Of a stretch of DNA of 27,523 bases, positions 1 through 7,251 are shown piece by piece. Source of the DNA: a virus (Duplodnaviria; Heunggongvirae; Uroviricota; Caudoviricetes); IMG/VR virus record IMGVR_UViG_3300029842_000004. One strand, given 5' to 3'. The position numbers and the translations under genes are program-made. The notes under the pieces were generated by a model. It had not been told where the DNA came from. It saw only the letters and a program-made list of their open reading frames with translations, and made no database searches. The first letter of the stretch is position 1. Each line of letters begins with the position of its first letter.

Positions 1-1
1 C

Positions 2-247
2 ATGATTTTCAAAAAACGGATCGGATGTAGGCATACTACTAAATGGATTTATCTCCCCCTCCTCTGTTTCTAAAGTCACATCAGAAGGCATATATATATT
101 CTGAATATCAGATTCACCCCATTTATTAACAGGCGTTCCATAATCAAGAATAGGCTGAGTAGAGGATACATTAATATCCTGTTTCTTATCCTGAACACTA
201 CCGCCAGGAGCGAATATCGGACGATTTTTTATGATTCGTAATTTCAT
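2..247 (-). CDS. N-terminal fragment of a hypothetical (probably virion-associated) protein; runs off the window start
   Basis: Manual translation from ATG at 247 gives MKLRIIKNRPIFAPGGSVQDKKQDINVSS..., with no stop before the window edge. A TATCTTTG element lies at 262-269. Not in the ORF track. Confidence 0.7.
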   Translation of the reverse strand, partial: MKLRIIKNRPIFAPGGSVQDKKQDINVSSTQPILDYGTPVNKWGESDIQNIYMPSDVTLETEEGEINPFSSMPTSDPFFENH

Positions 248-261
248 ACTATCTTTTTTCA

Positions 262-269
262 CAAAGATA
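262..269 (-). promoter_or_regulatory. Bacteroidota sigma-A -7 element (TATCTTTG)
   Basis: Matches TAnnTTTG, 14 nt upstream of the ATG at 247. Confidence 0.55.
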
Positions 270-315
270 AGAGAAACGAACGAGAAAATCCAACGTTATG
301 GGATACGTTTAAAAA

Positions 316-1335
316 TCAGGGACGTATGACAGACAAACCGCCCGAATCAGGGTCGTACTTAAGACCGCATGCCCGGCGATAGTTCTTAAGCGCTCTCCTA
401 TACAAAAACAGCACCGTCTTGGAAACTATTTTCTTCATAGATTTGGTTAAAACCTCTTCTGTTGAAACAGACATCAGACAGCTATTCAAGAACGACCTGA
501 CATTGGAACCGAACAAGGTCTTCACCATTTTTCTAAACGTTCTAAAAAGATATGATGCAGAAAGAGACTTTAACCCATTGCGAACCAGTCTCTTATTCAA
601 ATACGAAACAGCCTTTTCAGATAGACAGAGCCTATTCTTTCCTTCGCTATCTACCTCTGATGAAAACCACGAATATAAAGTGGTAGGATGTTTCTTAAGG
701 TGATTGATGAAGGAAGTCATTATCCCCTCTTTTAAAGCCCTTTTGTGGGCTACGCATGCAGCAATCTTCTCTTCTCTTTTTAAAGAGCTGTCAAGGCATC
801 TAAACACCGTCCTATCGTCTCCGATGAAATACTGAGGACGTTCTTCCTTGAACTTAGCCCGATAAGCGGCATATCCTTCCTTACGAAGCATATCTATCTG
901 AGACCGGATATAGAACCTTACACACTTTTCTTCAGCCTCTTGCACGCTTTTAAGATAAGGAACTGACTTTCTCCCATATCGAAGATAATCATAAACCATA
1001 GCCTCAATAAAGTCATTGTACGGAAAGAATCTTCCAAATCCAAAGTTCCAAACTATGAAACATCGCACTCTATCTTTCCAGTAATCAGATATGAGAAAAT
1101 TACTACAATATCTCAACTTCCTGTTTTTCTGATAGAAATGATGAGTATGTTTGTCGTAAAATAGATTAAAATATCTCAAATTGCCTAAACACTGACCGGC
1201 TGGACGGCGTACTACATTGTACCCTAAGTTGCTGAAGCTATTGTATATAACTTCTATCGGAGAGACCCGCTCTTTCTTGAAGAGCTTGTCGTGTAACTTG
1301 TGAGGATTCATTATTTCAGTTATTTTTGTCTCCAT
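316..1335 (-). CDS. Basic hypothetical protein (339 aa); possible DNA-binding or replication-initiation protein
   Basis: Long K/R-rich ORF with its own TATATTTG element. It sits beside a ~750-bp structured intergenic region. No family recognised, so function is speculative. Confidence 0.65.
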   Translation of the reverse strand: METKITEIMNPHKLHDKLFKKERVSPIEVIYNSFSNLGYNVVRRPAGQCLGNLRYFNLFYDKHTHHFYQKNRKLRYCSNFLISDYWKDRVRCFIVWNFGFGRFFPYNDFIEAMVYDYLRYGRKSVPYLKSVQEAEEKCVRFYIRSQIDMLRKEGYAAYRAKFKEERPQYFIGDDRTVFRCLDSSLKREEKIAACVAHKRALKEGIMTSFINHLKKHPTTLYSWFSSEVDSEGKNRLCLSEKAVSYLNKRLVRNGLKSLSASYLFRTFRKMVKTLFGSNVRSFLNSCLMSVSTEEVLTKSMKKIVSKTVLFLYRRALKNYRRACGLKYDPDSGGLSVIRP

Positions 1336-1355
1336 ATTGTTTTTGTTGTTTAGTG

Positions 1356-1363
1356 CAAATATA
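1356..1363 (-). promoter_or_regulatory. Bacteroidota -7 element (TATATTTG)
   Basis: TAnnTTTG match 20 nt upstream of the ATG at 1335. Confidence 0.55.
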
Positions 1364-1394
1364 TGATTTTATATAAAAAGAAGAAAATGCACTG

Positions 1395-1435
1395 CCTTGT
1401 ATCCGGTTTGAGAGAAATAGGATACAAGGTTTTTT
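1395..1435 (+). terminator. Intrinsic terminator, + strand
   Basis: CCTTGTATCC...GGATACAAGG forms a 10-bp stem followed by TTTTTT. Confidence 0.6.
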
Positions 1436-1646
1436 ATTTTATGACGGTTTGGATAAGAGACAGGAAAACGACTCTGAACGTAACCGACTGACCGTCAGTG
1501 GTGGGACAACAAATCTTGAATTAAAACTACGCCTATGAATAGTCTCCGTTTTCCTTAATATTAAGACCATTTTCAATGATATTACTCATTATATTATTTA
1601 TATTATTTTATATACTTTACCATTTATTCATATAATTGTTTACAGT

Positions 1647-1834
1647 GAATGAACTTAACGACCGAAGGGAGTTAAGTGAGTGAACAGATTAACAAATTAC
1701 TTTTTCCGTCTATTGTATTGTTTGCCTAATTGTGTTAAAGGATTGAGTATCGTGACCGAAGGGAACGATGCGAAAGAACATATAACATTTAAAAAACGAC
1801 TGAACCTATCGACTGAAAGGAGATAGGTGATGGA
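1647..1834 (+). repeat. Three 37-nt structured repeats with tandem G.A pairs and a GAA loop (1647-1683, 1741-1777, 1798-1834)
   Basis: Each copy reads GA-2nt-GA-7nt-GA-2nt-GAA-2nt'-GA-7nt'-GA-2nt'-GA. Stem sequences differ between copies but are complementary within each. Confidence 0.8.
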
Positions 1835-2088
1835 GTGACGTTAATAGTTATATTAGGTAGCCAGTGGAGAATTAGGCAGGCTGGTAGGCGAGACGGGCTC
1901 CCATGCCCGTCAGGACAGTGGAGGTACGTAGGTCTGTTCTGTTAAACCAAGGCGATGATAGTTCCATCCTTCACGAAATCGCACAAAAAAGCCGGATTAT
2001 CTTGATATCGTTCTTCAACCTTCGGTATCCGCATAACGAGTCTCAAATCCGGCTTCGCTTTATTAATATGAGAAATAAAATAATTGTT

Positions 2089-4497
2089 CTAATTATCAGT
2101 GACGCCTTTAATGCGAAGCTGTATATTGGGAAGCACGGCATTAATCAAAGCCATTTTCTTATCCTCTTCGCTTTCTTTTTCATGCTGTTTATACATCATG
2201 CTGTAATCACTGTCATCACCATCCTTTTTCCCGTCTAACGTCAGTAAATGATTTATGATGTCCTTACCATACGTTTCAGTCCATGTACGGAATCTCTCTT
2301 CCTCGGACTGTTCCTCCTGGGACGGGGCTTCCGGGTTAGGGAGGGCGGCTGCCACTTCTACCTCTGGAAGTGTTACTGATGCTGCTATTTCACCATCATC
2401 TCCGAATCCCATTTGACCATACAAAGATACTGAATTTTCTTCAATTTCCAAACCAAGATTTTTAGCAACTTCCATAGCATAGTTATAACGGTCATCATTT
2501 CTTATAACACTCTTATGAGGGCGCCCTGCTCCTTGGTTCCAAGCTATTACAGCATCTTTAAGGTTATCGGCGTTCATAAAGTCCTGCCGGCTGTAGTTGT
2601 AATACCCTGGTCCTTCTTTTCCTTTTCTTATGTATAAGAAATTAGAATATCCGGTCTTTCCTTCGTATTCGTCAGCCAAGAACTCAAGTTGGTCTTTGAA
2701 TGTTGGTGTAGAATGACCTTTCTTTTTAGCATGCTTGAACAATTTATCCATGCGCTCATTATGCCATTGCTGTATGCCGTATGATGTTTTGTTGTCTCCG
2801 TATATGTCATCTTTAAGGCCGGATTCAGCCATGAGATTACCTATGATAGCAAGCGCCTGTATCTTGGACATGCCGCGCTTATTAGTAAAGTATTCATATG
2901 CTTCACGCTGCTTGCCAACTACGCCACCTTCCTTCTTCATGTTGGTATTGTATCTCTTTCCATTCCATGTAAATTCCTTAAGACCTCTTTTTCTGGCTTC
3001 TTTAAAGGCTTCACCTCTTGTAGTGGAAATAGAGTCTTGTAGCTCAAGATCATTTTTTATTCCAAGAATAGCATCAACAATAGTATTATCATTATCCTTT
3101 TTATCAACATTATCCAAAACATAAGATTGGCTTATCAAATTTGATACGCTCTTTCTATTTTCATAAGTTCCTTCTTTATCTGATGGAGCTTCAAAAGCAT
3201 ACACAAGTGGATACGAATAATCCGTATCTGGATCTTCTGACATAAATTCGCTTACTGCATGAATGGCTTTATTATATTTAGTATCCTTTATACTATACAT
3301 CCCAGCATCTTGAACATGATCATAAAATCTGTCTATCATGTAATTGATATATCCACGCTTATCGCTCTTAAATCTTTCTTTATCTCTTTCAAACTCTTTT
3401 GGCGGATATCTTTTATAATATTCTTGAAAAAGTCCCCTAAATTCTCCATCCTCAGACACAGCGTAGGGGTTTCCACCAGATTCTTCAATAATATTTCCAA
3501 ATACGGCTTCTATCTGGCGTTGATTGAAACCTTTATCATATAAAGCATCATAGATCATATTCATTCCATCTACGTCCATAGTGCGGTGCGTACCCTTACC
3601 CACGCGCTTCATATTTTCATATTTGGATTTGAATAAATCCCAATCTATTTCCGGCTTAGAAGAATCCCCTCCTTGTTTTTTAGATCTTATCTTCATTTTT
3701 TTATCCAGATCATTCTTGGAATCAATGGCGGATTTCAACAAAACCTTGTTTGGATCATTCTCTTCATATGGATTCTTATCTTCTACATAATCCAGAATAT
3801 CAAACGGGTATCCTATTGTATCAAGAATCTTAGTAACAATCCCTACACCAAGAGGTTGATCGCTTCTATAAAAATCATACTTATCTTTTACGACCATCCT
3901 ACCTCTATCATCACGGTACATAGTGAAACTTGATAAGCCTGATAAATCATTTAAATCGCCGTAAGCATCTGGTATAAAATTGTATTCGTTAAATACCTGA
4001 TGTTCTCCAGTTCTGGCTTTTTTTAAGAGATCTATTCCCTCTTCCACCATTCCAAGTTTCCTACTTGTTACATCCCTTAACTCCTCCAAATCAGATACGT
4101 CCTTGCCTGCAACTTTTCCATCAATTATCTTATTATCTAAGGAATCAAGCTCCCTTCCATATTTTTTAGTCATTTTCTCCCACCCACCATTTATCCTGTC
4201 AGATATAATGGATTTGATATTGTCTGGTATTCTGACAATCCCATTTTCTTCTTTCAGATTATTTGGTTGGTTTAAGAATCTAAACCAAAGATTCTGACTA
4301 AAATCATCTACATTGGCTTTCGGAACATCTTGACCAAAAAATTCCATTATTTTGGTTTTTAATCCTCTTTCATTAGCATACACGTCAGGTGTTATATTAG
4401 ATGCCAGATATTCTCTAAGTTTTACAAACGGACCAATTTTACTCCATAATGTTTTTGGTTGTTTGTCTCTTACATAATTTTTAGTCTTCTTTGCCAT
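2089..4497 (-). CDS. Virion protein with two phage tail lysozyme (Phage_lysozyme2-like) domains
   Basis: Two motifs: GFNQRQIEAVFGNIIEESGGNP..RGLFQ and GMSKIQALAIIGNLMAESGL..SYGIQQW..QLEF. Also contains FKEARKRGLKEFTWNGKRYNT. Likely start is MAKKTKN at 4497, overlapping the end of the upstream gene. Confidence 0.8.
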   Translation of the reverse strand: MAKKTKNYVRDKQPKTLWSKIGPFVKLREYLASNITPDVYANERGLKTKIMEFFGQDVPKANVDDFSQNLWFRFLNQPNNLKEENGIVRIPDNIKSIISDRINGGWEKMTKKYGRELDSLDNKIIDGKVAGKDVSDLEELRDVTSRKLGMVEEGIDLLKKARTGEHQVFNEYNFIPDAYGDLNDLSGLSSFTMYRDDRGRMVVKDKYDFYRSDQPLGVGIVTKILDTIGYPFDILDYVEDKNPYEENDPNKVLLKSAIDSKNDLDKKMKIRSKKQGGDSSKPEIDWDLFKSKYENMKRVGKGTHRTMDVDGMNMIYDALYDKGFNQRQIEAVFGNIIEESGGNPYAVSEDGEFRGLFQEYYKRYPPKEFERDKERFKSDKRGYINYMIDRFYDHVQDAGMYSIKDTKYNKAIHAVSEFMSEDPDTDYSYPLVYAFEAPSDKEGTYENRKSVSNLISQSYVLDNVDKKDNDNTIVDAILGIKNDLELQDSISTTRGEAFKEARKRGLKEFTWNGKRYNTNMKKEGGVVGKQREAYEYFTNKRGMSKIQALAIIGNLMAESGLKDDIYGDNKTSYGIQQWHNERMDKLFKHAKKKGHSTPTFKDQLEFLADEYEGKTGYSNFLYIRKGKEGPGYYNYSRQDFMNADNLKDAVIAWNQGAGRPHKSVIRNDDRYNYAMEVAKNLGLEIEENSVSLYGQMGFGDDGEIAASVTLPEVEVAAALPNPEAPSQEEQSEEERFRTWTETYGKDIINHLLTLDGKKDGDDSDYSMMYKQHEKESEEDKKMALINAVLPNIQLRIKGVTDN

Positions 4498-4894
4498 TTT
4501 TTTCTTCCTCCTTCTTAAATTTGTGGTAAGCACCACAAACCTTATCAACTAACCATCCCATCAGACAGGCGGCATGCTCATCTCCTCCGACTTCAAAACC
4601 GTAATCCATATTAAGATACTTACAATAAATAGAAAGACCGTGCAGGCATTCGTGTCCTATGGTTCTAACATCCATATCAGATAGTGAATGAAATAAGAAA
4701 CATATTTCTTTCCTGTGATTGGTTCGGTTTCCTACGAAAATAGTTCTGCCACCATAATCATCAGTCCACCCCTCCCAGCTCTGATCTTCTACTTCCAGGT
4801 TGGCGAACGTCTTAACTATATACTCTTCATCTGCTCCAAGCAATACCCTTACATTATAGGGGTATATATCATTTTTATATAATACTTGTTTCAT
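4481..4894 (-). CDS. Small HExxH (zincin-like) protein
   Basis: HECLH motif with a downstream E (DEHAA). Likely start is MKQVLYK at 4894, just after TACCTTTG at 4912-4919. Confidence 0.65.
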   Translation of the reverse strand: MKQVLYKNDIYPYNVRVLLGADEEYIVKTFANLEVEDQSWEGWTDDYGGRTIFVGNRTNHRKEICFLFHSLSDMDVRTIGHECLHGLSIYCKYLNMDYGFEVGGDEHAACLMGWLVDKVCGAYHKFKKEEEKNGKED

Positions 4895-4911
4895 AACAAA
4901 CTGTTTTTCAA

Positions 4912-4919
4912 CAAAGGTA
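4912..4919 (-). promoter_or_regulatory. Bacteroidota -7 element (TACCTTTG)
   Basis: TAnnTTTG match immediately downstream of the Ro60 terminator. Confidence 0.5.
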
Positions 4920-4922
4920 AAT

Positions 4923-4960
4923 AAAAAAGCCGAAGATATACTCACGTACTTCTTCGGCTA
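4923..4960 (-). terminator. Intrinsic terminator of the Ro60/TROVE gene
   Basis: Minus strand AGCCGAAGA...TCTTCGGCT stem followed by a T run. Confidence 0.75.
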
Positions 4961-5018
4961 TACCTTTAAAGCTAAAACTTGTTTACTATGGAAATTACAA
5001 TTGAAGCAAAATCAATGA

Positions 5019-6653
5019 TTATATTTTTATTTTCTTAATTTCTTCAATCATATTCTTATATCCGCAGAACTTGCTGTTAATAACATCGAAGATAGATTCT
5101 GACCAGCCAGCTATGTTCAAGATATTAGATCCTCTGTAAAACATCTCACTTCCATATCCTTGAATAGAAATAGAAACGATCTTGCAATTTGGATTCACTT
5201 TCTTGAATCCTTTCAAAAGTTCGGCGAATTTACCATATTTATAATTGGAACTTTTCTCCCATACAATAGATTCGCCATCTCCTATCTGCATATCTGAAAT
5301 AACGTACAAGTTATCTACTTTGATCTTATCTTTAACGCACTTTTCCAAGAATGCAAAAAGACCGTTTTCGGTAGCACCACCGCATTCTCCTCCGGCAGTA
5401 AAAGATTTTTTGTTGTTCCACAAAACACCTCTGCTTCTATCATATTCGTAATTGATAAGTTTGTCACCAAACATACCAATAAATACGTCAGGAAGCACAG
5501 AAGCAATCATACAGCCAAACAAGTTACCAATGACAGCCGTATCTGTTTTGCTAAAGGCAGACACTTCAGAAGACCCTCCCATATCTCCACGTACAGAGCC
5601 AGAGTGGTCAATCAGGATAGCCGACCGCCCCTCCAATACCGGCAAGTTCTTGCAGGAGATGGTTATGGCTTTCTCCAACGCATCTAAAATCTTATATTTA
5701 TTACGCGCTGTTAATTTAGCTCGTTTTTTATCCGACTCAAATACAATATCATTATCGGAACCATCAGTGCCCATATTTTCAACCTCTTTGAAAGCTGAAG
5801 CAAAACGGAAAGGAAGCATCTTCGAATTAAGTACCTTCTCTTCTATTGTAAGCTGCCTACAAACTTCATCTATTTGATCAGGCGCGTATTTGATTATGTT
5901 TACAAGGTTACGAACCATATTAAAAATAGGCATGCCTTTTACATTAGAAACCACGTCCCGAATAGCGTCACCTAAAGCTTCTTTCTTCTCCTTATTGTCT
6001 TTCTTATCCTGTCCGGCTTTAGACATCTCTTTTTCAAGAATCTTGCTTTCGTATAATCCAGACAAAGACCGACCTTCTATAAGGTACTGGAAAGCCATTT
6101 TATTAGCCTGATTGCCTTTAGGGTGAAATAAGTTTACTAAGTCAACCATAGTAATGACCCTACTGTCCATCTTATACTTATCAATCCGGTACGGATCAAG
6201 ACCTTCCAAAGCCGTCTTAAATCCTTTCTTAATAGCACTGGATATACCTCTTAACTTCTTTGGATTTTTGTCGTTAAGAGCCGCATAGCAGCCAAGAATT
6301 TCACTCATATCATCAGGACGCATAATGATCTTGTTATAGAACCTTGAAGCCCATTCCTTACCCGATGCTTTGCTGGCAATGACAGAAGCCATAAGATGCG
6401 TTACTGACCTAAGCTTTCCTTCTTTCCTAACATACAATGCTGTTTGTGCTGCAAAATACGGATCCACCTGATCCATAAGGTTCTTAATTCTTTCTACTTT
6501 ATCTTTTTCTTTCTCATAATAAGAATCAGATAACATGGTAGTCATTACCGTAGATACCAACTCTTCTTCTGCGTTAGGCTTATACGCCTTCTCTCCCATG
6601 TGATTCACGATCGTAGGCTTAACACCTTCATCCTTTTTGTTAAACTTTCCCAT
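5019..6653 (-). CDS. rsr: Ro60/TROVE-domain ribonucleoprotein (TROVE + vWA)
   Basis: N-terminal VNHMGEKAY...EELVSTVMT..DSYYE; DPYFAAQTALYVR..GKLRS; YRIDKY; DLVNLFHPK; MVRNL; VLNSKMLPFRFASA. The vWA MIDAS motif DHSGS and ISDMQ are present. 544 aa is a typical Ro60 size. Confidence 0.93.
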   Translation of the reverse strand: MGKFNKKDEGVKPTIVNHMGEKAYKPNAEEELVSTVMTTMLSDSYYEKEKDKVERIKNLMDQVDPYFAAQTALYVRKEGKLRSVTHLMASVIASKASGKEWASRFYNKIIMRPDDMSEILGCYAALNDKNPKKLRGISSAIKKGFKTALEGLDPYRIDKYKMDSRVITMVDLVNLFHPKGNQANKMAFQYLIEGRSLSGLYESKILEKEMSKAGQDKKDNKEKKEALGDAIRDVVSNVKGMPIFNMVRNLVNIIKYAPDQIDEVCRQLTIEEKVLNSKMLPFRFASAFKEVENMGTDGSDNDIVFESDKKRAKLTARNKYKILDALEKAITISCKNLPVLEGRSAILIDHSGSVRGDMGGSSEVSAFSKTDTAVIGNLFGCMIASVLPDVFIGMFGDKLINYEYDRSRGVLWNNKKSFTAGGECGGATENGLFAFLEKCVKDKIKVDNLYVISDMQIGDGESIVWEKSSNYKYGKFAELLKGFKKVNPNCKIVSISIQGYGSEMFYRGSNILNIAGWSESIFDVINSKFCGYKNMIEEIKKIKI

Positions 6654-6679
6654 TTGTTGTTTTCTTTAAAGTGTTATAC

Positions 6680-6710
6680 AAAAAAAGCAGTGATATTACT
6701 ACCACTGCTT
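6680..6710 (-). terminator. Intrinsic terminator between the Y-RNA array and the Ro60 ORF
   Basis: Minus strand AAGCAGTG-GTAGTAATAT-CACTGCTT followed by a T run. Confidence 0.75.
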
Positions 6711-6736
6711 GAAAAAATATATCAAAATGAATACTC

Positions 6737-6866
6737 AATGAGGGAAAAGCTGAAGTTAGCGTAAACAATGAAATAATGGATTTGAACCATCGACCTATAC
6801 TTTAAAAGAGTATCGCTCTATCCATCTGAGCTAAATTCGAAGTAACTAACCCCATCACCACTCATT
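6737..6866 (-). ncRNA. Y-RNA-like tRNA mimic, non-permuted, Lys(UUU) anticodon loop
   Basis: Terminal stem AATGAG/CTCATT, then TGGTGA, stem TGGGGTTAG/CTAACTTCA and TACTTCG. D arm GCTC-AGATGGATA-GAGC; anticodon arm ATACT-CTTTTAA-AGTAT; T arm GATGG-TTCAAAT-CCATT. The acceptor-like stem is only 5 bp and there is no CCA. Confidence 0.8.
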
Positions 6867-6884
6867 AGTTTTTATATATTTCAA

Positions 6885-7009
6885 ACAGAGGAAAAACGGA
6901 GCCGGACAAAATGAAAATATTGGATTCGAACCAATGAAAAGTATTTTTACAGGATACCGCGTTATCCACTACGCTAATTTTCGAAGTAACCGAACTCCTC
7001 ACCATCTGT
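6885..7009 (-). ncRNA. Y-RNA-like tRNA mimic, non-permuted, Tyr(GUA) anticodon loop
   Basis: Terminal stem ACAGA/TCTGT, then TGGTGA, stem GGAGTTCGG/CCGGCTCC and TACTTCG. Acceptor-like GAAAAT/ATTTTC; D arm GCGT-AGTGGATA-ACGC; anticodon arm GTATC-CTGTAAA-AATAC; T arm ATTGG-TTCGAAT-CCAAT. No CCA. Confidence 0.8.
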
Positions 7010-7022
7010 ATATTTTATTAAA

Positions 7023-7156
7023 ACAGGGAGAACCTGGAAGGTGTTTTGATATGAAAGGAGGTTTTGATCTACCAACTGATCTAATTTTTCTTACATGAAA
7101 AATATAGGACTCGAACCTATGACACAAACCGAAGTATCACCTTCCATCACCACTGT
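7023..7156 (-). ncRNA. yrlA: YrlA-type Y RNA (circularly permuted tRNA mimic)
   Basis: Terminal stem ACAG/CTGT, then TGGTGA, a perfect stem TGGAAGGTG/CACCTTCCA and TACTTCG. GGTTT/AAACC closes T arm ATAGG-TTCGAGT-CCTAT, looped acceptor stem ATTTTTC-ATGTAA-GAAAAAT and D arm GATC-AGTTGGTA-GATC. This is the T-acceptor-D order of YrlA, and it lies next to Ro60. Confidence 0.85.
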
Positions 7157-7186
7157 CTTATATTATAATCTCTCTTGATTACGATG

Positions 7187-7217
7187 CAAATATAGACACT
7201 AAAATATGATTTACAAA
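7187..7217 (-). promoter_or_regulatory. Bacteroidota sigma-A promoter for the Y-RNA/Ro60 cassette
   Basis: TTTG (7217-7214), a 19-nt spacer, then TATATTTG (7194-7187): a full match to the -33/-7 consensus. Confidence 0.8.
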
Positions 7218-7251
7218 TTAAAATGATTTAAAATAGATTAATTTGAATAAA

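Noticed and set aside
1647..1834. CRISPR mini-array
   Set aside because: The copies conserve structure rather than sequence, the gaps are irregular (57 and 20 nt), and no cas genes are present.
1903..2238. 111-aa + strand ORF
   Set aside because: It overlaps the 3' end of the lysozyme gene on the opposite strand, with no recognisable features or promoter support.
6770..6985. Ordinary tRNA-Lys(UUU) and tRNA-Tyr(GUA) genes
   Set aside because: The acceptor stems are only 5-6 bp with no CCA, and the Tyr-like unit lacks the long variable arm of bacterial tRNA-Tyr. Both are embedded in the same scaffold as the YrlA unit. Treated as Y-RNA-like mimics, although processing into tRNAs is not formally excluded.
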